A DNA stretch of 32,000 nucleotides from Sinorhizobium meliloti (GTDB taxonomy: Bacteria > Pseudomonadota > Alphaproteobacteria > Rhizobiales > Rhizobiaceae): the NCBI RefSeq assembly GCF_017876815.1, contig NZ_JAGIOS010000002.1, positions 450,001 to 482,000 on the forward strand, in the 5' to 3' direction. Under the pieces are notes generated by a model that ran no database searches, was not told the origin of the DNA, and worked only from the letters and a program-made list of their open reading frames with translations. The position numbers and the translations under genes were made by a program. Below are positions 24,548 through 32,000 of the stretch, piece by piece; position 1 is the stretch's first letter, and each line of letters begins with the position of its first letter.

Positions 24548-25611
24548 GCGCGCTTCCTGTTGGTGAAGATCAGCACGAAAAAGAAGGGGACGCCGACGAG
24601 CGCGGTGATGATGCCGATCGGCAGCACCGCACCGGGGATGAGCATCTTGCTGACGACCGAGGTGACGGAGAGCAGCAGTGCGCCGCAAAGCACCGAGGCC
24701 GGCAGGAAGAAGCGCTGGTCTTCGCCGACGAGCATGCGGGCGATATGCGGCCCGACCAGGCCGACGAAACCGATCGTGCCGACGAAGGAAACCGGGATCG
24801 CCGCGAGCAGACTGACCGTCATCATCGTTTCGAGCCTGAGCCGGCGGACATTGATGCCGAAGCTCGCCGCCTTATCCTCGCCGAGCCGCAGCGCGGTCAG
24901 CGCCCAGGCGCGCCTTGCGAAGACCGGCACCGCAACGAGCAGCACCGCGCCGGTGACCCAGACCTTCGGCCAGGTTGCCTTGGTGAGGCTCCCCATGGTC
25001 CAGAACACGACCGCCGCCAGCGCCTGTTCGGAGGCGAGATATTCGAGCAGCGACAGCGCCGCATTGAAGGTGAAGACGAGCGCGATACCGAGAAGGACGA
25101 TCGTCTCGACGGTGACGCCGCGCATGGTGGAGGCGAAATGGATGAAGAGCGCCGCCACCATCGCCATCAGGAAGGCGTTGACCGGCACCATATATTGAAC
25201 GGCGACCGGGAACACGGCGACGCCGGCGACGAGCCCGAGCGCTGCGCCGAAGCCGGCGGCGGCCGAAATGCCGAGCGTGAACGGGCTCGCCAGCGGATTG
25301 GCCAGGATCGTCTGCATTTGCGCACCCGCCAGAGACAGCAAGGCGCCGACCGTGACCGCCATCAGGGCGATCGGCATGCGTATATCCCAGATCACGACGC
25401 GGAGTTGATCGCTCACGGTCTCGGCATGAAACAGCGCCGTCAGGACGTCGGAAAGCGGATAGTTCGCAGGGCCGAGCGCCATGTCGACGGCAACGGAGAC
25501 GAACAGCGCGGCAACGAGGCCCGAGAGCATGACGAGCCGGCGAAAGACGAGGGCGCGGTATCGTCCGCGCCCTTCGATGCCTGCGATTTCCTCGGCGACA
25601 GCAGCCATCAT
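24541..25611 (-). CDS. Iron-chelate-type ABC transporter permease (FecCD family)
   Basis: 356 aa, highly hydrophobic, with the FecCD-typical ...LLSLAGAQMQTILANPLASPFTLGISAAAGFGAAL... and GTIGFVGLVGPHIARML. SD GGAGG. Confidence 0.9.
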   Translation of the reverse strand: MMAAVAEEIAGIEGRGRYRALVFRRLVMLSGLVAALFVSVAVDMALGPANYPLSDVLTALFHAETVSDQLRVVIWDIRMPIALMAVTVGALLSLAGAQMQTILANPLASPFTLGISAAAGFGAALGLVAGVAVFPVAVQYMVPVNAFLMAMVAALFIHFASTMRGVTVETIVLLGIALVFTFNAALSLLEYLASEQALAAVVFWTMGSLTKATWPKVWVTGAVLLVAVPVFARRAWALTALRLGEDKAASFGINVRRLRLETMMTVSLLAAIPVSFVGTIGFVGLVGPHIARMLVGEDQRFFLPASVLCGALLLSVTSVVSKMLIPGAVLPIGIITALVGVPFFFVLIFTNRKRAW

Positions 25612-25704
25612 TCGCCTCCGCCGATGAGCGAGACGAAATGATCTGGCCGACAGGCGACCGGAAGGACTTTCCTCGGTATTCGCATTAGAACCTCGCGAAC
25701 AGGA

Positions 25705-25730
25705 GATCGGAGGGCTTTCGCCCTCCGATC
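25705..25730 (-). other. 11-bp perfect stem-loop between the SBP and permease genes (intra-operon hairpin)
   Basis: GATCGGAGGGC-TTTC-GCCCTCCGATC sits 8 nt downstream of the SBP stop on the transcribed strand. No clear U-tract follows. Confidence 0.4.
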
Positions 25731-25737
25731 CGGAGCC

Positions 25738-26871
25738 TTACCGGCTTGCATTCAGGGAGACGAAGTAGCCGCTCTTGTAAGGCAGCGGCAGGAAACGCTC
25801 GTGCAGTTCCTTGAACGTCGCCTCGGGATCGAGATCGCCGAAGAGGTCCGGGTGGAGCCACTTTGCCATCTGCTGAATGGCCACGAACTGATAGGGGTTG
25901 TTGTAGAACTGATGCCAGACGGCATGGACGTTGCCGCCCTTGACTGCCTTCACACCCGTGAAAGCCGGACGCTCGGTGAGACCTTCGAGCTTACGCTGCG
26001 CCTCCTTCTCGTCCGCGCCATAGCCGACGCCGACCCAGGCCCCGCCGGGCACATAACCTTCCCAGTTGCCGCCCGTGATGATGATCTGATCGGGATTGGA
26101 TGCGATGACCTGCTCCGGATTGACGGTGCCGAAGGTGCCGGGAATGATGTCCTTCGCCATGTTCACGCCGCCCGCGAACTCGACCATCCTGCCGAAATTC
26201 TCGTTACCGAAGGACATGCAGCAGTCATCCGAATAACCGCCGGCGCGCTCCATGAAAACGAGCGGCTTCTTCGGGTTGGCCTTGGCGAGGGTATCGGTCA
26301 CCTTGGCGATGCTGTCGGCACGGAACTTGATGAATTCCTCGGCCTTTTCCTCCTTGCCGAAGAGCTTGCCGATGAGGCGCATGCTCGGCTCGGTGTTCTC
26401 CATCGGCTTTTCGCGGAAATCGACATAGACGAGCGGGATACCGACCTTCTCGAGCTTCTCGATATAACCAGCCTCCTCCGTCGCCGTTTTGGCGTCGATA
26501 TTCATCAGCATGACGTCGGGCTTCAGCGCGACCGCCTGTTCGATGTCGAAGGTTCCGTCCTTCATGCCGCCGAAGGTCGGCAGCTTGGCAATGTCGGGGT
26601 ACTTCGCGAGATAGGCGGCGTAGGTTTCCGGGTCGGCCTTGGCGAGATCGTCGCGCCAGCCGACGACGCGCTTGAACGGCTCGTCCTTGTCGAGAGCGCC
26701 GACGAAGTAGATCTGGCGCCCCTCTCCGAGGATCACATGCTCGACCGGCACGTTGACCTCGACCTCGCGACCGGTTACGTCCGTGACCTTGACGGTGTCG
26801 GCAAGCGCAATGCTTGAAATGAATAGGCAGAAACCCGCAGCGGCAGCGGCCACCTTGTTGAAAAACTTCAT
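25738..26871 (-). CDS. ABC transporter substrate-binding protein (Peripla_BP_2, iron-siderophore/cobalamin-type cluster A)
   Basis: 377 aa from MKFFNKVAAAAAGFCLFISSIALA (signal peptide). VTDVTGREVEV...PDVMLMN...PDQIIITGG is the pattern of FhuD/FecB/BtuF-class binding proteins. Confidence 0.9.
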   Translation of the reverse strand: MKFFNKVAAAAAGFCLFISSIALADTVKVTDVTGREVEVNVPVEHVILGEGRQIYFVGALDKDEPFKRVVGWRDDLAKADPETYAAYLAKYPDIAKLPTFGGMKDGTFDIEQAVALKPDVMLMNIDAKTATEEAGYIEKLEKVGIPLVYVDFREKPMENTEPSMRLIGKLFGKEEKAEEFIKFRADSIAKVTDTLAKANPKKPLVFMERAGGYSDDCCMSFGNENFGRMVEFAGGVNMAKDIIPGTFGTVNPEQVIASNPDQIIITGGNWEGYVPGGAWVGVGYGADEKEAQRKLEGLTERPAFTGVKAVKGGNVHAVWHQFYNNPYQFVAIQQMAKWLHPDLFGDLDPEATFKELHERFLPLPYKSGYFVSLNASR

Positions 26872-26913
26872 CGTTCCCTGCTCCATGGAAATTCGATGCC
26901 TTCTAATATTTCA

Positions 26914-26928
26914 TGACTTTACCGGTCA
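26914..26928. promoter_or_regulatory. IRO-like box TGA-N9-TCA (candidate RirA operator)
   Basis: TGACTTTACCGGTCA lies 43-57 nt upstream of the SBP start codon, in an AT-rich divergent intergenic region. Confidence 0.45.
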
Positions 26929-26938
26929 ACATATATCT

Positions 26939-26955
26939 TTTAGAACGCTTCCAAA
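26939..26955. promoter_or_regulatory. ICE-like box (candidate Irr operator)
   Basis: TTTAGAA-CGC-TTCCAAA matches the TTTAGAA-N3-TTCTAAA iron control element at 13 of 14 specified positions. It lies 22-38 nt upstream of the methyltransferase ATG. Confidence 0.5.
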
Positions 26956-26976
26956 CAGACGAGACCGGGACCGAAA

Positions 26977-27786
26977 ATGAGCGACGTGGCAACGCGGCCC
27001 AACTATGATCTTCGCGACGAAATCAAAGCCTATTGGTCGGAACGTGCGGCCACTTTCGATCTCTCTCCCGGCCACGAGATTTTTTCCGAGGAGGAACGCG
27101 CCGCCTGGCATCGGCTCATCCGGCGCCATCTCGGCGAAGGAGCCGGCCGCTCGGCACTCGACCTTGCAAGCGGGACCGGGGTGGTCTCGCACCTCCTCGA
27201 CGATGTCGGCTTCCGGGTGGCTGGCATGGACTGGTCCGAACCGATGCTCGAACGCGCACGGCAAAAAGCGAAGAGCCGCGGACGCGATATTTCCTTCCGC
27301 ATGGGCGATGCGGAAAATACCATGGAGCCGGACGACCATTATGACGTGGTCGTCAACCGACATCTGGTATGGACGCTCGTCGATCCGGCCGCGGCCTTCA
27401 GGGAGTGGCTTCGCGTGCTGAAACCTGGCGGCAGGGTGCTGATCGTCGATGGCGATTTCGTCAATGCGACCCGGCTCGAACGGTTCTTTTCGTCGCTCAA
27501 CGTCTGGGGGCAGCGTGTCGGGCTCCTCAGACCCGACGCGCCGTCCCAGCCCCGGGAGATGCTGGAAACGCATCGAAGCATTCTTGCCCGCGTCCACTTC
27601 TCGCAAGGGGCGCGCGCCGAGGCCGTAGTCGGCCTGCTGCGGGCCGCCGGCTTCGCCGATATAACAGTCGATACCGATCTCGGAGAGATACATCGGATGC
27701 AGGCGAAGAATTGGAATCTGTTCAAGGGCCTCGCACGAAGAAGCCAGCACCGCTTTGCGATCCGCGCAAGCAAACCGGTGGCCTGA
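26977..27786 (+). CDS. Class I SAM-dependent methyltransferase
   Basis: 269 aa. SAM motif ALDLASGTGVVSHLL, then DVVVNRHLVWTL and LKPGGRVLIVDG. Confidence 0.85.
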   Translation: MSDVATRPNYDLRDEIKAYWSERAATFDLSPGHEIFSEEERAAWHRLIRRHLGEGAGRSALDLASGTGVVSHLLDDVGFRVAGMDWSEPMLERARQKAKSRGRDISFRMGDAENTMEPDDHYDVVVNRHLVWTLVDPAAAFREWLRVLKPGGRVLIVDGDFVNATRLERFFSSLNVWGQRVGLLRPDAPSQPREMLETHRSILARVHFSQGARAEAVVGLLRAAGFADITVDTDLGEIHRMQAKNWNLFKGLARRSQHRFAIRASKPVA

Positions 27787-27854
27787 TGCCGGCCTACTGA
27801 ACGGGCTGCGTGGGCCATTAAAGCACTCTTGAGCTTCCACGTGTCGGTGCTCTG

Positions 27855-27971
27855 GATCACGTTCATGCTTTTCGGCCGAGTCGACCTGAAAGCATGAACG
27901 TGATCGATTCCAAGAAGTTGAGACGCGGCATGCGGGCGGAAAACCGCGCACATTTTTCCTCATCCCGCTCT
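27855..27971 (-). repeat. Structured intergenic repeat, copy c (RIME-like family), most complete copy
   Basis: It contains a perfect 17-bp inverted repeat GATCACGTTCATGCTTT / AAAGCATGAACGTGATC (27855-27871 / 27889-27905, 17-nt spacer). This is followed by GATTCCAAGAAGTTGAGACGCGGCATGCGGGCGGAAAACCGCGCACATTTTTCCTCATCCCGCTCT. Its reverse complement aligns with 5513-5623. Confidence 0.65.
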
Positions 27972-28018
27972 ATCTCTCCCGGAGGCTGCGCTGCCATCGT
28001 GGTTCAGCAGCTCGTGCC

Positions 28019-28038
28019 GACTCCACGTGAGTGGAGTC
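28019..28038. promoter_or_regulatory. 8-bp perfect palindrome GACTCCAC-GTGA-GTGGAGTC upstream of the LysR gene
   Basis: Read directly. It ends 21 nt before the LysR ATG (28060). Confidence 0.35.
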
Positions 28039-28059
28039 GCAAATGGATAGGCCCGTACG

Positions 28060-28980
28060 ATGTCGACAGATCTCAATCTCAATCTCCTGCGGTCGTTTTT
28101 CATGATCGCCGAAGAGCGAAGCCTCACGCGGGCAGCGGCCCGGCTCAACATGAGTCAGCCATCGGTCAGCCAGGCGCTGCAACGACTGGAGGAGCAGTTG
28201 GCCTGTCAGCTCGTCCTTCGCGGCAGCCGGAAGTTCGAGCTGACGTCCCGGGGGCAGAAAATCTACGAGGAATGCGGAGAGATCTTCCGAGCCGTCGAGC
28301 GTATCGGCCAGCTCACGCAGGAAAGGACCGCCGAAGAGTTCGGCGAGGTGCGCATCCAGATCATCTCGAACCTCGAGTCCCCGCTCATAAACGAAGCGCT
28401 GCGTCTCTACCATCAGCGCTTTCCCTCCGTAACCTGGGTGATGGAGGTCCAGAACAGCCAGGATACGGTCAAGCGGATCCAGACGGAGAAATGCGGAATA
28501 GGATTATGTCTCCTGTCACGCCCCGTCTTCAGCCTGAATTGTCAGTTGCTGTTTCGCGAGGAATTCAGCGTCTATTGCGGCGCTGAGCATCCCCTCTTCG
28601 GCCGTAAGGAGGTGGAGAAGAGGGAACTGCGGCAGGAGTCATTTGTTTCCTTTACCTGCGCCACCGAAGGCATGGGCCTCGAGCCCATGGCGGTCCTCAG
28701 CCAAAGCCTCGGTCTCGGCGAACGGATCAGCGGGCAAAGCCCCAATCTCGAGGAAGTAAGACGCATGATCGTCGCCGGTCTCGGGATCGGAATTCTCCCG
28801 TTGACGGCGGTTCACGACGAAGTCGCGAGCGGACTTCTCTGGCCGCTCGAAATCAAGGGTTATCCGCTCGGCGCGGACGTGTTTTTGGTGACGCACCCGG
28901 AAGGCGACTATTCCCGCGCCGAGCAACATTTCATCGACCTGGTGCAGGAGCTGCGCTCGCTCTACCCGGAAATGCACTGA
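28060..28980 (+). CDS. LysR-family transcriptional regulator
   Basis: 306 aa. wHTH LLRSFFMIAEERSLTRAAARLNMSQPSVSQALQRLEEQL followed by a full-length effector domain. Confidence 0.9.
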   Translation: MSTDLNLNLLRSFFMIAEERSLTRAAARLNMSQPSVSQALQRLEEQLACQLVLRGSRKFELTSRGQKIYEECGEIFRAVERIGQLTQERTAEEFGEVRIQIISNLESPLINEALRLYHQRFPSVTWVMEVQNSQDTVKRIQTEKCGIGLCLLSRPVFSLNCQLLFREEFSVYCGAEHPLFGRKEVEKRELRQESFVSFTCATEGMGLEPMAVLSQSLGLGERISGQSPNLEEVRRMIVAGLGIGILPLTAVHDEVASGLLWPLEIKGYPLGADVFLVTHPEGDYSRAEQHFIDLVQELRSLYPEMH

Positions 28981-28993
28981 GCGCGCGTCCCGA

Positions 28994-29028
28994 CGAAAAA
29001 CCGTTATACACTTTTCCTGGAAGTGCTC
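28994..29028 (-). repeat. Structured intergenic repeat, copy d (truncated; inverted partner of copy a)
   Basis: The reverse complement GAGCACTTCCAGGAAAAGTGTATAACGGTTTTTCG matches 3686-3720, including 17 identical leading bases GAGCACTTCCAGGAAAA. Confidence 0.5.
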
Positions 29029-29035
29029 CGATCAA

Positions 29036-30280
29036 TCAGCGGTCGGCGCGCGCCACGACGGCATGCAACAGGACATTGAGGCCCGGCGCAAGATCGTCGC
29101 GGTCGCAGTCCTCCTCGTTGTTGTGGGTGATGCCGCCCTTGCAGGGCGTGAAGATCATTGCCGTCGGGCAATGTCGGGCGAGGAAATAGGCATCGTGCCC
29201 GGCCTGGGACTGGATGTCGCGCCAGTCATAGCCCATCCGGACCGCTTCCGCCCTGATTCCTTCCACCATCGCGTGATCGAAGATGTCCCCGCCCCAAAAC
29301 CACTCGTCCTCTATGACCGCGTCGCAGCCGGCGCGGGCGGCGCTTTCGAAGACGGCACGGCGCATCTTTTCACCCATGACGCGCGCGGTCGCCGCATCGG
29401 GATGGCGAACGTCGCAGATCGCTTGGGCCGTGTCGGAGAGGATGCCCGGTTTGTTCGGCCACGCCGCCAGCCGGGCGCCGGTCGCCTTGCCGTCGCCGAC
29501 GGCAAAATCCCAGCCGATGTCGTCCACGGCAGTCAGCCAGCGTGCGCCCGCGACCAGCGCATTGCGGCGCAGGTCCATCGGCGTCGGGCCGGTATGTGCC
29601 GTCTTGCCCGAAAAGCGCACCCGCATCCCGTAGCTCGGATATCCGCTCGTCACCACTCCGACATCGCGATTCTCGAGGTCGAGGATCGGCCCCTGCTCGA
29701 TATGCAATTCGTAATAGGCATCGATCTCACCGGCACGACAGGGCTTGTTTCCGTTGTAACCGATGCGCTCGAGCTCGGCGCCGAAACGCGCTCCGTCGTC
29801 GGAGACGAGCTCTTTGACCCAGTCCCCGTCATAGGCCCCGACGAAGCAGCCGGATGCGACCATGGGCGGCGAGAAACGCGCTCCCTCTTCATTCGTCCAG
29901 TTGACGACGACGATCGGGCGGCGGGTGACATGACCGACGTCGTTCAGCGTACGGATCACCTCGAGTCCGGAGAGAACGCCGGCGATCCCATCGAAGCGAC
30001 CACCGTTGATCTGGGTGTCAAGATGGCTGCCGATCAGCACCGGCGGCAGCGACGGATCGCTTCCTTCGCGCCGGCCGAAGATGTTGCCGAGTTCATCGAT
30101 CTCGACGCACAGGCCCGCATCACGACACCAGTTGACGAAGAGGTCGCGCATTCTGCGATCATCGTCCGTCAGCGTTAGGCGGGCGAGGCCGCCCGGCCGC
30201 CCCTGGCCGATTTCGGCGGAAGTCTCGATGGTCGACCAGAAGCGATCGATGTTGGCACGGGTGTTCGATGCGAACGACAT
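29036..30280 (-). CDS. M20-family Zn-dependent amidohydrolase (N-carbamoyl-L-amino-acid hydrolase / allantoate amidohydrolase class)
   Basis: 414 aa. GSHLDTQINGGRFDGIAGV, NWTNEEGARF and ELHIEQGP motifs are typical of AmaB/AllC-type enzymes. SD AAAGGTGA. Confidence 0.9.
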   Translation of the reverse strand: MSFASNTRANIDRFWSTIETSAEIGQGRPGGLARLTLTDDDRRMRDLFVNWCRDAGLCVEIDELGNIFGRREGSDPSLPPVLIGSHLDTQINGGRFDGIAGVLSGLEVIRTLNDVGHVTRRPIVVVNWTNEEGARFSPPMVASGCFVGAYDGDWVKELVSDDGARFGAELERIGYNGNKPCRAGEIDAYYELHIEQGPILDLENRDVGVVTSGYPSYGMRVRFSGKTAHTGPTPMDLRRNALVAGARWLTAVDDIGWDFAVGDGKATGARLAAWPNKPGILSDTAQAICDVRHPDAATARVMGEKMRRAVFESAARAGCDAVIEDEWFWGGDIFDHAMVEGIRAEAVRMGYDWRDIQSQAGHDAYFLARHCPTAMIFTPCKGGITHNNEEDCDRDDLAPGLNVLLHAVVARADR

Positions 30281-30316
30281 GGTTCACCTTTCAAATGCAA
30301 TTGCGGACGAAGCGGC

Positions 30317-31597
30317 TCACATTCCGAGCGACATCAGTGTCATCAGCCCCGGAAAGAGAACGAGGAGGAACATGATGAGCGCCATGACGCCGATGAACGG
30401 CAGCAGATAGCGGAAGGACGCCGACATCGGTATGCCACCGGTGCGGCACGCGGCCATCAGGTCGATGCCGAGTGGCGGTGTATTGGCGCCGATCGCCAGG
30501 TTGATGGTCAGCAGCACGCCGAAATAGACCGGGTCGATCTCGAAGACCCGCAGCACCGGCAGGAAAACGGGCGCCAGGATGAGAATGATGGCGATCGATT
30601 CCATGAACGTGCCGAGGACCAGGACCGCGACCATCATCAGCATGAGCGCGACTGTGGCGCTCTCGGTCGCGCCGGTGATGGCATTGACGACGAGCTGCGG
30701 AACCTGCTCGACCGTCAGAATCCAGCCGAAGACGGAGGCGGCCGCGATGACGATGAGGATGGAACCGGTCATTTCCGTCGTGTCGCGCAGGAGGCTGAAG
30801 ACCTTGGCGAGCGTCAGCTGGCGATAGATGAGGGCCCCGACGAGCAGCGCATAGGCGACGCCGATGCCCGCCGCCTCCGTCGGCGTGAAGATGCCGAAGC
30901 GGATGCCGCCGACGATGATGACCGGCGCGAGCAGGGCAAGCACGGATTCGCGCAGAGCGGTGCCCAGCCGAGTCCAGCTGAACGGTTCTCCGCCCTTCCA
31001 ACCGTTCTTGCGGGAAATCCACCACGCGACGACCATCAGCCCGAAACCGAGCAGGATGCCTGGACCGATGGAGTGGATGAAAAGCTGCCCGATCGACGTT
31101 CCGGTCGCCGTTCCGTAGACGATCAGGACTATGGACGGAGGAATGACCGTGCCAAGCGAACCGGCGCAGCCGAGACCAGCGGAGGAGAAACCCGGATGGT
31201 AGCCGCGCTCCTTCATGGCCGGCAGCAGCATGGAACCGATCGCCACCACGTCCGCGACACCCGATCCCGAGAGCGAGCCGAACATCATGCAGGCGGCAAT
31301 CATCACGATAGCGAGACCACCCGTCCGCTGGCCCACGACTGCCGCGCAAAGATTGACGATCCTCGGGGCGAGCCCCCCATGCACCATGAGCAGGCCGGCG
31401 AGCAGGAAAAGCGGGATTGCCAGCAGCGTGAAGCTGTCGATCCCCGCCACCATGCGCTGCGCGACCACCATCAGCGGCAATACATCGCCGACCAGCAGAT
31501 AAGCGACCGAGGAAAGCGCAAGCGCGATCGCGATCGGCGCATCGATCAGGAGCAAGAGAATGAAGACGGCAAAGAGGACGAGAAGGGCAAGGCTCAT
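30317..31597 (-). CDS. TRAP transporter large permease subunit (DctM family)
   Basis: 426 aa, polytopic, with DctM-typical sequence throughout (...FTLLAIPLFLLAG..., ...IPPSIVLIVYG...). ATGA overlap with the DctQ stop. Confidence 0.95.
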   Translation of the reverse strand: MSLALLVLFAVFILLLLIDAPIAIALALSSVAYLLVGDVLPLMVVAQRMVAGIDSFTLLAIPLFLLAGLLMVHGGLAPRIVNLCAAVVGQRTGGLAIVMIAACMMFGSLSGSGVADVVAIGSMLLPAMKERGYHPGFSSAGLGCAGSLGTVIPPSIVLIVYGTATGTSIGQLFIHSIGPGILLGFGLMVVAWWISRKNGWKGGEPFSWTRLGTALRESVLALLAPVIIVGGIRFGIFTPTEAAGIGVAYALLVGALIYRQLTLAKVFSLLRDTTEMTGSILIVIAAASVFGWILTVEQVPQLVVNAITGATESATVALMLMMVAVLVLGTFMESIAIILILAPVFLPVLRVFEIDPVYFGVLLTINLAIGANTPPLGIDLMAACRTGGIPMSASFRYLLPFIGVMALIMFLLVLFPGLMTLMSLGM

Positions 31598-32000
31598 TTG
31601 CGCAGTTCCGCGGCAACGAGGGCAACGAAGGCGATGGCACCCGTGACCGGCAGCGCGAGATAGACGAGCCCCGCGGGCCAGCTCAGGACCGTGGTTTCAT
31701 GCGACCATGTCAGCACCGTTATCTTCCATCCGGACCAGATGACGACGACCAGGAACAGGAGGGATGCCAGACGCGCGAGTACGGCCAGGAGGGAACGGAA
31801 CCGGCCGGGCGCAACAAGCAGGTCCGTCAGGCCGGCGCAAAGATGCGTGTTGCGGACAAAGGCGGAAACCGCGCCGATGAACGTCACCCAAACCAATAGA
31901 AGACGCGGGATTTCCTCCGACCAGCGTGGTGTGAAGGAAAGGGCATAACGGCAAATGACGACGTAGACGATGATGGCGGTGAAGGTGGCGATGGCCAGGC
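31594..32000 (-). CDS. TRAP transporter small permease subunit (DctQ family), 5' end beyond the window
   Basis: The frame stays open upstream of the track's TTG start: ...LAIATFTAIIVYVVICRYALSFTPRWSEEIPRLLLVWVTFIGAVSAF..., the DctQ pattern (W.EE..R.L.VW..F.GA). It runs to position 32000. Confidence 0.85.
   Translation of the reverse strand, partial: LAIATFTAIIVYVVICRYALSFTPRWSEEIPRLLLVWVTFIGAVSAFVRNTHLCAGLTDLLVAPGRFRSLLAVLARLASLLFLVVVIWSGWKITVLTWSHETTVLSWPAGLVYLALPVTGAIAFVALVAAELRK

Noticed and set aside
27894-28586. ORF starting MNVIDSKKLRRGMRAENRAHFSSS (230 aa), and the similar ORF 5435..5656.
   Set aside because: Both start inside copies of the intergenic repeat family, so their N-termini are translated repeat sequence. 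The first then runs out of frame through the LysR gene. They are artefacts of the repeat.
1-32000. Scan for CRISPR arrays, tRNA/rRNA genes, riboswitch-like leaders (including a B12 box upstream of the BtuF/FecB-type transporter), toxin-antitoxin pairs and known defence-system genes.
   Set aside because: No spaced direct repeats, cloverleaf-like segments, conserved riboswitch cores or defence/TA-type proteins were recognisable. The only tandem repeat is the in-frame 18-mer at 6272-6325.

Overview
High-GC, gene-dense window with no rRNA, tRNA, CRISPR, transposase or integrase. It looks like an accessory replicon or chromid of a Rhizobiaceae bacterium (Sinorhizobium/Ensifer- or Rhizobium-like). 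That origin is inferred from gene content, RirA/Irr-type iron boxes and RIME-like intergenic repeats. Left to right: (1) an intact two-gene ku operon (NHEJ) lies between a frameshifted YcaC-type isochorismatase pseudogene and a heavily frameshifted LysR pseudogene. (2) A SAM methyltransferase, a small hypothetical gene, a YeaO/DUF488 gene and a periplasmic EF-hand protein with a Met/His/Arg/Asp repeat. (3) A minus-strand pair, FAD-linked (BBE-type) oxidase then group II PLP decarboxylase. (4) A CDP-sugar pathway in two halves: rfbF-rfbG-C-methyltransferase at 9.9-13.0 kb, and acetyltransferase-SDR-CmcI methyltransferase plus a 3,5-epimerase at 20.9-23.8 kb. (5) Between those halves sits an 8-kb AraC / AraA-like isomerase / sugar ABC transporter / CocE-NonD hydrolase module. 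(6) An iron-chelate-type ABC importer whose divergent promoter region carries RirA (IRO)-like and Irr (ICE)-like boxes, next to a second SAM methyltransferase. (7) A LysR regulator, an M20 amidohydrolase and TRAP DctM/DctQ permeases, with DctQ cut by the window edge. The most interesting inference is that the split sugar gene set encodes a CDP-linked 6-deoxy, C-methyl, O-methyl (vinelose-like) branched-chain sugar pathway. It lacks the classical E1/E3 dideoxy enzymes. Other points worth a second look: a structured repeat family present as two nested inverted pairs, a perfect 17-bp palindrome in the sugar-operon divergent promoter, and a Shine-Dalgarno-preceded leader ORF coupled to the isomerase gene. 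All functions are read from the translated ORFs by eye; no database search was possible.
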